NCBI GenBank assembly: GCA_030390025.1
Contig: CM059432.1
Coordinates: 51,710,001-51,774,000, forward strand
DNA length: 64,000 nt
Source of the DNA: Squalus acanthias
Lineage: Eukaryota
Direction: 5' to 3'
Shown here: positions 48,245 through 61,437 of the stretch, piece by piece
How positions within the stretch are numbered: the first letter of the stretch is position 1
Layout of the letters: every line of letters starts with the position of its first letter
Notes under the pieces: model-generated
What the model saw: the letters and a program-made list of their open reading frames with translations, nothing else
Told to the model about the DNA's origin: nothing
Databases searched by the model: none
Translations under genes and position numbers: made by a program

Positions 48245-48762
48245 GGGCAGAGGGTGGGAGATATTTCTCGCCTAATAAACGGGCTAATAACCTTGCACAC
48301 CCATTACCTTGCCTGAATCAACTTCTAGGCATGCCTTTAATTTAGTGGCCAGCACTTGTGCTCCAGGTGTCAAGAGGCATAACTGATGGTCCTTAAAAGG
48401 ACCACTAGAGGCCTCTCCCAAAAGGTAAGTTTCTGTTTAAAGATTGTTGTAGGGCCACAAGGAACAGGAGTGCTCCTCCAGGCCCCACAAAAATCTCCAG
48501 CCTACTGCTAGCCTGTTTGACTTCCACCGACCCCCCCCGCCCCCAGCATCCAAGCCTGCCCCCCCCCCCACAACTGGCCTTACCTGCCGGCATGCTGCAT
48601 GCAGTCAATGGCTGATTCTCCTCTTAAGAGGCCGACGAGCTAGAGCGGAGTGTCCGACTGGCACCCACAGCTTGCCGAAGAAATGACCGCTGCATTAGCA
48701 GGTACCACAGGTGCACTACTGATATAGTGGTCATTCGGCACCAAAAACCGAAAGTCTCCCCC
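48245..48762. mobile_element. Non-autonomous element, family C-related
   Basis: GGCCACAAGGAACAGGAGTGCTCCTCC core. Confidence 0.5.
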
Positions 48763-48764
48763 AT

Positions 48765-49150
48765 AACTGTGTACTGTTTTGGTCTCCTTACCTAAGGAAG
48801 GATATACTTGCCTTAGAGGGGGTGCAATGAAGGTTCACTAGATTGATTTCTGGGATGAGAGGGTTGTCATATGAGGAGAGATTGAGTAGAATGGGCCTAT
48901 ACTCTCTGGAGTTTGGAAGAAGGAGAGGTGATCTCATTGAAACGTATAAAATTCTTAGAGGGCTTGACAAGGTAGATGCTGGGAGGCTGTTTCCCCTGGC
49001 TGGAGAGTCTAGAACTAGGAGTCACATTCTCAGGATAAGGGGCTGGCCATTTAAGACTGAGATGAGGAGAAACTTCTTCACTCAGAATCTTTGGAATTCT
49101 CTACCCCAGAGGGCTGTGGATGCTCAGTTGATGAGTCTATTCAAGACTGA
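48765..49150 (+). mobile_element. CR1 fragment
   Basis: FWSPYLRKDILALEGV, LSYEERL..GDLIETYKIL. Confidence 0.9.
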
Positions 49151-49760
49151 GCTAAAATAACCTTTCAGTGCAGACATCTATCACATATAATAGGCATTAA
49201 TTATAGTGCTGTGGAAAAAGAAGCAGTAATTTGTGATTTTGCTAAGTGCACCTAGATGAGAAGATGCACTAGGAATTGGAAGAGAAATAAATGACTTAAC
49301 AGAGGCCAATATCATGTTCAACAAAGATCTGATAAAATCAGCCAATTTCCAAGCTTGAAGGACAATGTGAGAAAAATAAGCAAGGATTGCAAGAAATATT
49401 CCAGGGTGAGATAAGAGTGAATTGGATTGTAAAGTCAATTGCTATTTTATGCAGAAAATATGGAAAAGATAACCACTTAATCTAAACTTGTGAAGTGGAG
49501 TGACTCATCAGTTGCATATAAGTAAAGCAAGTGTTGTGCAAAGAGGAGAGTACACCAGACAATAAGTTGTACGTCATTATGTTTGAGCTGATATGACAGT
49601 AGAGTGGAAAATAACTTTGGATCAATTTATACTAAATTTACAAAACAAAAGAATTTACTTTAAAACTATGGAAACAAGAGCTACTGCTTCTTTTACCATA
49701 GTGCTATAATTGATGCCTATTATATGTGATAGATGTCTGCATTGAAAGGTTAGATTAGCT
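49150..49760. repeat. ~79-bp inverted repeat pair (49150-49228 / 49682-49760)
   Basis: AACCTTTCAGTGCAGACATCTATCACATATAATAGGCAT versus ATGCCTATTATATGTGATAGATGTCTGCATTGAAAGGTT. Confidence 0.9.
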
Positions 49761-50010
49761 ATTAGTGGCAAGTAATTTGGCTAAAAGTTCACGACTGCAT
49801 TAGCAGAATCTTCAATTGTAGCACTAAGCATGAGAACCGAGAAATTCTGCATCATTTGGAGGGGGGAAGGCAAAATTCTAGTGGATTTCTGCCCCATTTA
49901 AACTGTCCAAGAACTCCTGATCCAGTGTGGCATAGGTGCTTTGTCTACCCTCCCCACTCACATCAGGCCAGCTCTGTGAGGGTGTGTCTGGGCACACTAT
50001 CCAGGTATTG

Positions 50011-50460
50011 TCAGCTGAGGCGCAGTGGGTAACACTCTCACCTCTGAGCCAGAAAGTTGTGGATTCAAGTCCCACTCCAGAAATTTGAGCACAAAAATCT
50101 AGGCTGACACTCCAATACGGTACCAAGGGAGGTGCTGTCCTTCGGATGAAATGTTGAAACCTCGGCCCTGTCTGTCCTCTCAGGTGGACGTTAAATATCC
50201 CATGGCACTATTTTGAAGAAGAGCAGGGGAGTTCTCCCCGCTGTCCTGGCCAATATTTATCCCTCAATCAGCATCACTAAAAACAGATTAACTGGTCATT
50301 ATCATGTTGCTGTTTGTGGGAGCTTGCTGTGTGCAAATTGGCTGCAGTGTTTCCTACATTACAACAGTGACTACACTCCAAAAGTACTTTATTGGCTGTT
50401 ACGCACTTTGGGACGTCCTGAGGTCATGAAAGGCGCTATATCAATGCAAGTCTTTCTTTT
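50011..50460 (+). mobile_element. Deu-domain SINE, near full length
   Basis: Colinear with 31492-31945. Confidence 0.88.
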
Positions 50461-50499
50461 CCTGGCAATTCTGCTGAAAGCATCCCTCACAGGCCCAGC

Positions 50500-50860
50500 A
50501 AGGCCAACATCTGCTGACAGCAGTTCCAACATTCAATATCAACACCTTCCTCCACCATGCTGTGGTTGCAGAATGTGCCTGTACAGCATGCACTGTAGCA
50601 ATTCACCAAGTTATTGAACAGCATTTGCAATCTCTACTACCAAGAAGGACAAGAGTCCCATCCCATCCTGACAGACGTATATTGATGTCCCTTAAATCAG
50701 TGCTCAGTCAGAATCCTAGAATTCCTCCCTATCATCAATATGGAAACACTATCCACACAAGGACTGCAGTGGTTCAAGGAGAAGATCATCACCTTCTCAG
50801 GGTAACTAAGGATGGGCTTTGCCAGCATCATCCACATCCCCAGAACAAATATAAAATATA
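50500..50860 (+). mobile_element. Degraded LINE 3' end (same family as 41795-42070)
   Basis: GGACTGCAGTGGTTCAAG..CACCTTCTCAGGG..CCACATCCC. Confidence 0.65.
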
Positions 50861-51490
50861 AAATTCCTTTACTGATGCCCTGAGGTATGGTAACTATTTT
50901 TTTACCACAGGACATTAAGAAAATAATTGCTGTGAATGTGGCAATAGGCAGAGTGATCTGTATTTGTGCATCCCCCTTTATAGTGATACTGTTACATGCT
51001 GTATCTATACCAGCAAGGGTCTGACATTTGTTTTTGTCAAATAGCACTTTGAATAGATATGTATTGAATGTTTTGATATAACGCTTCTTCTTAAACCCAA
51101 ATTGTACATGTTTCTCTTTCAAAGACATACATGTTCCTGTCAATAAAATTACATAGTGGAGTTGGAACATTTACAAATTGGCCTTGTCTTTTGTAAGCCA
51201 GTAAGTAGCCTTGTAAACAGGGCACTTGCTTGATATCTCCAGGGCTGTCAAGTTTAATTACTGGTGAAGGTCAGTGCTCCAACCTTCCATCATAGAGCAG
51301 GTGACATATTTTATTTGTTTTCACTTGAGTCATATTGTGAGATATCTCAGCTAGTGTCAGGCAGACACTCTATCCAGTTACAAAGTTGGAATTTCAGGCT
51401 CAAATGTTGTTGCTTCCCATTGACTAATTCAGTGAGCAGCCATGTTGTCAAATATATTGAGTGACCTGATGCTTTCTCTTAAAACATATG

Positions 51491-52207
51491 GGGTGAAAAA
51501 TTCGGTTGATTTGCGCTAAGGGGGCACAAAGCAACTAGCGCCTGGGCGCGGCGTGGCCAACGCCTCCCACAAAATTCAGCGGGAGGTTAGCAGCGGCGGT
51601 AACCGTTAGCGCCCTGCGGCACTGCGCCTCCAGCAATTACATCATCGCCGTGCGCAGCGCCTCGCTCGCACCCCGGCCGCGATTTTTGGTAGCGCCCCCT
51701 GACTTACCACTGGATACTATGTCCGACAGGATCAGGGGGGCTTACCTGCGGCCGGGGCGGCGCAAATTAAAGGGGCGGTGCCAGGCAGCCATTTTTGTTG
51801 CTGGCCACCTTCCAGCACCTGCCCCCGTTGCTGTCCCCGGCCTTCTGTGCAGCCCCCCCCCCCGCGAGGTGCCGGCTGTGCTCAGTGAGCCCGGCACTCC
51901 GATCCCTGGTGGCCCAGCTGGGCCCCGGGTCATGCTGCGCTAGGCCCCTCCCCTTTAATAAGGGGAGGAAGGCCTGCAGTACCGCGGCGCGACGTGCCGC
52001 AGAGTGTGGCGCTGCGGCATGTAGCGCTGTGATATTCACTCACAGCACCCCCAAGAGGGAGGCGGGTCACTTCCAGTAGCGCCCCGCCTCCCTCTTGGGG
52101 CGCTACCAGTGAATTTCGGGTGCGGGGACGATAATTTTTGGGGGCGTTAAAAGTAGCACCCCGGCGAAGTTAGCGCCCCAAAGGGGGCGTGGCCCAATCT
52201 TTCCCCC
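51491..52207 (+). mobile_element. Non-autonomous Harbinger-like element, family A
   Basis: GGGTGAAAAATT / AATCTTTCCCCC; flanks atg/ttg; colinear with 5678-6424. Confidence 0.9.
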
Positions 52208-52686
52208 TTGCTTTGCTATGACACCTGTAAGAATATCAAAAACCAAGGTCTCAAAAGCAGCATTAATGACACCAGTACATTTCAAACCTGGGCATGGGCC
52301 AAAAAACAAAGTTTATCTTACAAAATAGTACATATTAAAAGTTGTAAAGAAATGTGGTTCATTACCCACAGTGTACACTTGGTACTATTCCCTCTGAATA
52401 TAATTTTATAATAACATAGATTGTACCAGTGGGCTGTGAACCAAACACCACACAAGGGTGTAATTTCAACGCAGTGTATGTCTAGTAAAACATAATTGTT
52501 CAGTAAAGTTTCTATTAACCAGAAACACATAGGTTGCAGTTTTCTACAAGCCAGTGACACATTGAGGGGCTCAGATGACATAATAGATCAAAAGATATGC
52601 ATTACATACTTGATATGCAACCCTATCTGGAGTCATTCTTAATAACATAGGAACATGAGAATGTACAGGACTGGAAGAGATCCTTA

Positions 52687-54444
52687 GGCCGCGATTTTGC
52701 CGGCGCTCAGCGGACTCGATTGGTGGCGTGTCAGTTGTGAAATTTAAAATGATTGACAGCGGGTCGGGAACCTGCTGTCAAAATGCGCACACTTGCATTT
52801 CCCGATGTCGGGTATGCTAGCGCTGAGCAGACCTGACAAGCAGCGGTGGGGGACCCAATTCAAATCATTAGTGGCTTGTTTACAGCTACTTAACAATGCT
52901 TTTTTTCCAGCTTTTTAACTTTCACAGGTCTCCCACGGGTTTCCTGCTGTGCCGAGACCTCATCAGTGAAGCTGAGGCGGGAGGTCAATTGCCATTGAAT
53001 CAGCTGATGAGTTGACAGCTTCAAATGTCAACTCAAAGCTCCCAGCTGATTCCGATATCTTCCCTTAAGCACTAGCATCTCTAAACTGTATTTCCACTAC
53101 AGATTCAGGATGCTGCAAGTCCTTGCACAAGTCTCCATGCAGTTTGAACTCATTACCTCTCCCACCATTGACAGATCGCTTCTGTCATCTCTATTTCACC
53201 TGCCATCTATTCCATCAGCATGGGTGCACTTTATACTCTCTCACCTTAGTCCTCAGAATCAGATCATGATCAGCCCCAACACCAGCATCACCAGGCACAC
53301 CAGCAGCACCAACAACAACACCAACTTTCTCCGCAATCACCTGAAGCTGCACAGGACAGAGGGCATCAGCACCCGACCACATTGCTGCCCGGGATGCCAG
53401 GGATGGCCTCACCATGGCCACATTTACTTCACTTGACGCTGCACACCCTGGCTGCTACATGATGTGCCAGGTTGGCACCACCCCACACCAACACCATAAA
53501 GCATCCCTACAAAGCCCAAGCCATTCCTTTCACACTCATCACCATTGCGGGCGGTACCGTTATGTCTCACCATTCACTGCAACTCACTAAGCCACTTCCA
53601 AAAGTGCACACAAATCTGTCCAAGAAAGCAAAATGTTGAAAGTACAGGTTTCAATGTTTGACAGCACATTAACAGAAACTTCACATGAACATTGGCTAAA
53701 ACACACAAATGCCTATCCTTGTGTGTTGTTAGTTGGTATGATTGCACTAGGATGAGGGTGAGTGTGAGGGGTGGCTAGTGAGATGGGGATGTGATAATGT
53801 AGATAGAGAGGGATGGGTGGAGGTGCAAGGTAAGTTGGTGTGAGTAAGGATGTGCAGGAGTAGGGTAGGGAAGGCAGAGTAATGGGGATGTGATGAGTGG
53901 CACAGGAGGATGAGGTTGAGTGTGACTTTGCAGTAACATTTTATGATCTATTGAGATCATTGAAACGTTTGCGCCACTGCAGCCTGGTCCTCCTGATGAT
54001 ATCCCTGCTTGTGCCCTCCTGTGCAATGTGCAACCAGGCTGCGTTGGTCTCCTGGGGAGGTCTCTTCTGCCCATTGGAAGGGAAGAGAACCTCCCAGTGT
54101 GCTGTGACTCCCTCCATAAGCATATGGAGGGAGTCATGGGAGAGCCTGGGTGCAGCCATGCACCTCTGTGCAGTGTTTGTCAGTGTTTGCAACACCTCAA
54201 TGCTGTAGAAAACTGACAGTGCAAATGTCAAAGTAAATTTGCGCATGGTCCCTTTAAGGAAACCGGCTGATGTTGCATCACGAGACCCGCTTCCTTCAAT
54301 TGGCCAGGAAATGCACTGGGTGGGCTTAACAAGCTCAATCAGGGGAAAGTCATGTCGGAGGCAGGGATGGTGCCAACAGCAGGGCCAAGACCCGCCACCG
54401 ACGTCGCCCGCCATGGACCTGTCGAGGTAGAGAAAATCGTGGCT
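52687..54444 (-). mobile_element. Non-autonomous Harbinger H4 (same family as H3, inverted)
   Basis: TIR GGCCGCGATTTT / AAAATCGTGGCT; TSD TTA; APRLSHDSLHMLMEGV..QWRKRFNDL. Confidence 0.92.
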
Positions 54445-54753
54445 TTACAATCTGGCTAATCACAAAGTTAGAAAAAACATACTGGGAGCAATTTTTAAAT
54501 GAGCAGCTACCCGTTTCTCGTCATGAAAAATGGGTAGCCAGCAGTTGAAAATCGGGGGGTGGGGGAAGGGGGGCCCTGTATGCACTCCATTGACTCCCAT
54601 GACCTTCCTGATGCAATTTTAAAGCAGACCTGTGCGAGCAGCCTACCTGCCTGTTTCCATTAGGGTTCGGGCCTTCTGACACCGGATTTGGGCACATGGT
54701 GAAGCTGCTCGGCCGACTTAGCCCCTATTTCAGGCGGAAATTATCCCCACTAT

Positions 54754-55624
54754 GGCCATGATATTTACTGAGGTGGGGAGGAGGAGTTCTATTCACCGTG
54801 GAGTTTTAACTCCATGGCATGCACATTTATTTTTTTAAACAGGGTTCCCCGCCCGGAAGCCAGCCTGATTGACAGGCTTGGCTCCCTGTCGAGCGGGGAA
54901 CGCTGCAGAAGAGGCCGCAGCCCAGGAGCAGGTAGGTTTCGTGCTGCTCGGGGTAGAGATCGCGAGGGGTCTGGGTACAGTGTGGTTTGTAGGGTCGGGG
55001 GGTGATCGCAAGGCGTCGGAGAGAGATCGGGGGCAGAGATGGGGTAGGGGGGTCGGGGAGAGATCGGAGGGAGACATGGGAGGGATGGAGAAGAGATTGG
55101 AGGGGGAGTCGGAGAGTGATCGGAGGGAGAGATGGGTGGTCGGGGAGAGTACGGAGGAAGAGATGGGGGTCGGGGAGAGATTGGGGGGGTGGTGTCGGAG
55201 AGAGATCGGAGGGAGAGATGGGAGGTCGGGGGGAGAATCGGTAATACCCGGGGGGGACAGCAGTGATCAGTGATTCCGGGGGGTTTCGGTGATGGGAGCG
55301 GTTGTGTTGGTGTGGGGGAGGGGGATATCATGGAGATGGGGGAGGAGGTTTACAGGTTAGCTCGTTGGGCCGGGGGGAAGCACTCCTGCTCCTCCTGGCT
55401 CACAAGTGGTGCTGTAAAGGCACTTACCTGAAGGATCCTGCCCTTCTCACCTCATTTTATCTGCCAGTTTCCAGAGGCACTGGAAACCCAGCCAATTGTG
55501 GTTAAAAATAGAAATCCTGTTAAATTAGAGGTACACAGCCTCCTTAAAAGGTTTCAATGACCAAACCGCCTCCTGGGAGCCATTTAACAAAAACCCACCC
55601 ATTTTGGGGGTTAAAATTACCCCT
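54754..55624. mobile_element. Non-autonomous element, family C, with internal GA-rich GAGAGATCGG repeats (55010-55260)
   Basis: Colinear with 1530-2132 (AGCCTGATTGACAGGCT, GGTTAAAAATAGAA, TTTTGGGGGTTAAAA); flanks tat/tat. Confidence 0.8.
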
Positions 55625-56749
55625 TATATCTCTCATACCTTTCAGTTGCTTTCTTTGATAAATATCTGTTGATGTCCCCTTAAAATTTGCCAATGCTTTC
55701 TACCCCTACTGCCTTCCTGGGTAGGATGTTCAACTTATCTGCCACCCTTTGTGTGAAGTAGTTAAACTGTTTACTCATCTTCCCTATTTTGAGCTTCATT
55801 CATGGCCTCTCAATTGTATGTACTGCTGAAGGTTGTTTTTGTCAACTTTAGGGCATTTTGTTATTGCCAATGATTAACAGTGGTGAACAGCAGGCTCATT
55901 TGATTGATTCACATAATTTGCATTTAAGTGATATTGTACCTCATGATTTAAACTCCAGTGATACTGGTGTTATAGGGAAATAACATACCTATATATATTA
56001 TAAGCCAATTGTAATAAAATCCAAGGTGAGGAAAGTGCCATTGGTATAAAACCATCAGAAATTAATTCATAAATTCAATGGTGAATGTTACTGTTACCAA
56101 TTTCAAGTAATGATTGGTATTTATGTGTTAATAAGGTTTCACCTCAAAACTGATGGTTATTGAATAGTGATCTGACCTAATTTTTTCCTATTGTATTTTA
56201 ATACAGCAATACCGCATATTCCTTACCTGCTTTCGCAAAGACTGTGTAGAGTTGCTCAAGCCTTGTCTGTAAGGAACTGATATGGAAAAGTAAATTAGGT
56301 AAGCAACCTTTTCCAATTAACTGCTCTTATTTTTATCTTTCTCTTGTGGAATGTATATTTTCCCATTAATATTAGAGTTACTAGGAATACTGTGCAGCCT
56401 GAGGTCTACTCTTTTCTATTAAAAATGATTGTACACTGATTGAAGAAGACCATCATTACCAAACAAAATCTTGTATGATTACATTTCTTTTTACATTTTA
56501 ACCTAGATTTCAATGTTGTTTTTCACCCTTGTGCAATACACCATTGCCCAGCCAAGAGACTAGGCAGATTATTTTTTCCCGGTCTGCTGCCAATGCTGCT
56601 TTTGAATAATCACTAGGTGTTGTACGAGAGTGATATGGCTGGACTGTCTTCAATTTACCCTTCCCTTCCTTAGGCAACGACCTTGGGGGTGAATTTCCTT
56701 GGGCCTTCTCCCATTCTGCCACCGTAACTTCAGTGGAAACCCGGTTGAA

Positions 56750-57160
56750 GAAGAAGAGCCTGCATTTATATAGCGCCTTTCACAACCTCAAGATGTCCCA
56801 AAGTGCTTTACAGCCAATTAAGTACTTTTTGAAATGTAGTCGCTGTTGTAATGTGGGGCACACGGCAGCCAATTTGCACGCAGCAAAGTCCCACAGACAG
56901 CAATGTGATAGTGACCAGATAATCTGTTTTTGAGTGATGTTGGTTGATGGATAGATATTGGCCAGGACACTGGGGAGAGCACCCCTGCTCTTTTTCGAAT
57001 AGTGTCACGGGATGGTTTACGTCTACCTGAAATTGCAGATGGGGCCTAGGTTTAATGTCTCATCCGAAAGACGGCACCTCCAACAGTGCAACACTCCCTC
57101 AGTGTCAGCCTAGATTGTGTGCTCAAGTCACTGGAGTGGGGTCTGAACCCACAACCTTTA
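56750..57160 (-). mobile_element. Deu-domain SINE
   Basis: Reverse complement of 31530-31940. Confidence 0.88.
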
Positions 57161-57731
57161 TGCACGTAAATGGGTTTCCGCCGACCTTCCTCCAAAGTTG
57201 TAATGGCAGAGCCTGGGGAATTGGAGGAAATTTACTCCTCTACCTTGGGTTGGCACCATCTCCTGAATGATATCAGGTGTTCGGGGACTCCACCCGAAGT
57301 CTTTGAATCAATTCACAGAGCCACTGAATCAAAATCTTACAGAATTTTGACATTCTTCCAAAAGACCCTTTTGCTATTCATTGATGATACAAGTACCTCT
57401 ATAGAGTTCACAGCTTCTCCTACAGAATCCTGTAACAAGCTATAACTATCTTATATGATCTTACAAGAATTTTGAATAAGATTGGTTGATATAAAGATGC
57501 AATGCAAAGAAGTGTAACTTAAGGTAGCATGAGCAAACCTAAAGAGAAGAATTACTACGCAGTGTAACAAAACCTCCAAAAATACATTAAAGAACAAATG
57601 TCATCATAACTACCCCTTTTAAACAATTATAATACATTGTAAAATCTTTTAGTAGCAATCAATTTGTAACACAAAACAGCATTTGAAAAATATAGATATA
57701 TCAAAAGCATAACTTCATTCATAAAAACAAT

Positions 57732-58825
57732 GGCCAGAATCTTTACCTTGGAGTCGGGTTGCGTGCGTGTAGGCCGTGTAGCGGGTCGGGAACCCGAAGA
57801 TGTGAACAGCGTGTTCTGCACTGCAGTTTTTAATGGCCTCAATTAAACCAGTCATGCGCATTTCCCCGCCCAATTAAGTGGAGCGGGTCTGATGACATCA
57901 TCGATGACTTGTTTCCAGCGCGGATATTTAAAGCAGCCTTGCACACATCTCATTTGAAGGTTGATGTAGGAGTGAATAAGTTGGAATCCAGAGGTCTCAG
58001 TAGAGTCATAAAACTGATAAAAGTGTGGGTCATGAAGACACAAAGGCAGAGGGCCATTGATGGTCTGGTGCAGGTAGTAAGAGCACGCAAGGAGGTCCTC
58101 TTCCCTGGCGATAGACGCAAAAGATCTCCCAAAGACACAAAAAGGGCATGGTTGGAGAACGCAGAGGTGGTCAGTAGCAGGGATGTGGTCAGGAGGATTT
58201 AGATCCAGTGCAGGAAGAGATTCAATGATCTGAAGAGGTCAGGAAAGGTGAGTGCAATGCCGCACTCACCTACATCCTGATGGGCCTGTCACCACATCCC
58301 CATCACTCTGCCTTCCCAAGCCTACTCCTGCACATCATTCCTCACACCAACCTACTTTCCAGGTCCACCCATCCCTCTCTGTCTATGTACATACTCACAT
58401 CCCCATCTGACTAACCACCACTGACACTCAACCTCATCCTAATGCAAGTAACACCACAGAAGGAGCCCATTTGGCAATGCCATGCCACTCCCTCATAGTC
58501 ATCCTCTACAGATGTAACTCATTCATTCCTTACACTCATTCCATCATTCTCACTCAAAGTTCTTTCCCTCCTTGCAGGAGAAGAGAACCCAGAACAACAG
58601 GGAGAGGCAGAGATCCGGAGGTGGCCCTCCAGTCTTCACAAATTTGACTCCAGTAGAGGAGGAGGCCCTGGAGATCTCTGGAGTTGCAGGGCTGCTGGCG
58701 GTGGGAGACGGAGAGAGGGGGAGCTCCCAGCAACCTGGTGACAGAATTATATCTCATACAGCCACATGGCATACAGCAGTCACTCATATGGTGACTGATG
58801 TCAGCAGCCAGTGAATGTTCATCAT
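57732..58825 (+). mobile_element. Harbinger H5 Myb-side arm (exon 1 ~58031-58247, exon 2 ~58578-58736)
   Basis: LVQVVRARKEVLFP..KRAW..QCRKRFNDLKRSGK|gtgagt; ttgcag|EKRTQNNRERQRSGGGPP. Confidence 0.85.
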
Positions 58826-59126
58826 GTGCATAATGATGCACATGGACTCCTCCATGCTTCTTGTCATTGCATTCAGACTTTCTGGCAGGCCTGCCAATGC
58901 ACCAAGCATTTCATTGTGCATACCCATTAGTGTTGTTCTATAGGCCAGCCCTTCGAGATCTTCATCTGCGTCCTGTGCAGCAGAACTCATGTGCGACCTT
59001 GCCCTCCGAGGAGCTGGCACCTGAGCTATCCTTTCCCTCTGCCCTGGCTGCGGGCCACTCATGCCCGGTGTCTCACCACGTGCAAATCCCGCATCTAACC
59101 TATCCTCTAAAGTACGCAGAGTGTCA

Positions 59127-59955
59127 GGGCTGGATTTTCACTGACCCGTGGAGTCGGGTTTGGAGGCGTGTGGGGGGTTAAAGTTGCAGATTCGGGGGTC
59201 CCGACCCCATCCCGCCTCCAACCCGCCTCCATGCCAGTTTCGCTGGCGGCGGGTACCCGACCTGTGCTGGGACCCGACTCCCCGAGGCGGGAAGGGATTA
59301 GTGACAATTAACTGCCTGTTAACAGTTTTTTGCCTAATCCCTATTTTAATTGCTGAAATGTGGGCTTCCCGACAGGTGCCAACCACGCCAAGTTATCGGG
59401 GCGGACCGTGGGTCTGCAGGGGTTGGAGGGGTCGATATGTCCGGTGGGCAGGTGAGTGATGGGTGCATGTGTGCAGAAGTAAGTGTGTAAGGTAAGTGCA
59501 AAGTGTGGGAAAAAGTTTTACTTATCTTAACTTCCTCCTGCAGGTGTCAGCCCTTCAGTTCTCGGGAGTCAGAAATCTCACCGGCACAGAAAGCAGAAAA
59601 GCCGTGGTGCTGTCAAAAACTGCAGCCTTCTGTTTTCTGTGCTGGAATGATTTCTAACTCAGCCTGAGAGGAAGGACTCAAGTTAGAAATCATATTGTCA
59701 GTGTTTGACAGCTTCACAGAGCTGTCAAACGCTGATATTTCATCTGTCAAAAGCTCTTGACAGATGAAATGTCAATCTGTGACGTCACCTGTTGCCAGGT
59801 GGCCCTTAATTGGCCTGCTGAGCCCACTGGGCGGGCTCAACAAGGTTAATCAAGGGAAAATACAGTGGGTTGGCCACATCTCGATGGAGGCGGGTCTACA
59901 ACCCAAAAAGTGGGATTCACGACACCAACCCGACCCCAGTATCAAAATCCAGCCC
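59127..59955. mobile_element. Non-autonomous Harbinger-like element (family D) nested in H6 Myb exon 3
   Basis: Perfect 12-bp TIR GGGCTGGATTTT / AAAATCCAGCCC; exact TSD TCA. Confidence 0.93.
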
Positions 59956-60829
59956 TCAGTATCTGAGCTGGTGGCTGGGAGTGTGAAATCGAGTGACGGT
60001 GTTTCTTCTTCTTGTTCTTGACTTTCCTCTCCCGCTTGTTCTTCAACCATTGCTGGGCAGGCTGCATTTCTTGGGTGTCTGAAATGAGAAAGGCACATGG
60101 GTAGGGTTGTGGTGGGGGGTGGGGGGGAGTCGCAGCAAGAGCTGCATGCTTACACCATGTGCAGATTGTAAATCAGAAGAGATTGTGGGATAAGGGGAAT
60201 GAAGGAGAAGGAGGATAACGTATGAAGATACCGGCATCTTGTATTCCTTGAGCCCCGCCGCTGGCCACAGGCTCAGCCATGCCTCTGCCAAGAATGGCCA
60301 ACACTGTCTCCTCCAAGGAGGTGAGGTAATGCAGGCGAGCCTGTTCCAAGCCAGTTAAGGTCTGCTGTCGTCTGTTATGTGCCACCTTTTCCTGAAAGAG
60401 AAAGGGAAGTGTGTCAGTGAGTGTGGTGCAATGTGTTTGGGTGATGTGCCTGTCATGGTTGAATAGTTGACAGAGTGTTCAAGCTGTGAGATGTGGGTGT
60501 GAGTCTTGCAGCAATCATAAATGTGTGCAGGTGAAGTGAAGCTATGAATGTGAGGTATGAGTCGTGTTTGGCAGAGATTGTTGGTAGCTGAGTGATGAGG
60601 GTATGGTGCATTGAACAGTGTGTGAGGCTAGTGGTGCAGATGGTGGGATACGGCATTTGAAGATGAATTCACTGACCTTGCTCACTCGTGTGAGGTCATT
60701 AAACTTCTTCCTGCATTGAGTCCAGGTCCTTGTGTCTATACTGCTAGAGTTTACCACAGTGGCTATCTGCTCCCACTGCACTCGCGTCTGTTGCCTGGAA
60801 GGCATCCTGGCCCCCTGCAGAAAGACCAG

Positions 60830-61437
60830 GGGGTAAAAATTGGGTAGCACCCCCGAAAAAGTTAGCGACCCCGCGGCCTATTTTCCCAAGTAGCGCCCCG
60901 AGAGGGAGGAGGGGCGGTACTGGAAGTGTCCCGCGTCCCTCTTGGGGCACCGCGAGCCAATATTGCGGCACTACATGCACTGTGGCACATCGCACCGCGG
61001 TACTGCAGGCCTTCCTCCCCTTATTAAAGGGGAGGGGCCTGGTGCAGCGCGTCCCAGCGCCCAACTGGGCCACCAGGGATCGGGAGTGCCGGCAAACGGA
61101 GAGCAGGGGCCGGGGACAGCAACAGGGGCAGGTGCTGGCAGGCGGCCAGCAACAAAAATGGCCACCCGCCACCTCCCCTTTAACTAGCGCCACCTCGGCC
61201 GCAGGTAGGCCCCCCTGACCCCAGCGGACATAGCGTCCGGCGGTAAGTCGGGGGGCGCCACCCAATATTACATCCGGGGCACGAGCGGGGCGCTGCACAC
61301 GGCGATGACGTCATTGCCGGCGGCGCAGCACCGCACGCCGCTAACGGTTAGCGCCACCGCTGAATTTTGTGGGAGGCGTTAGCGGCGCCGCGCCCAGGCG
61401 CTAGTTGATTTGCGCAAATCAACCAAATTTAGCCCCC
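60830..61437 (-). mobile_element. Family A element nested in H6 Myb exon 1
   Basis: GGGGTAAAAATT / AATTTAGCCCCC; flanks cag/cac; reverse complement of the family A body. Confidence 0.9.

Noticed and set aside
38565..54444. Inversion between inverted copies H3 and H4
   Set aside because: Each copy retains its own matched TSD (TAT and TTA).
54789..55331. Proline-rich ORF
   Set aside because: Translation of a low-complexity GA-rich repeat inside a non-autonomous element.
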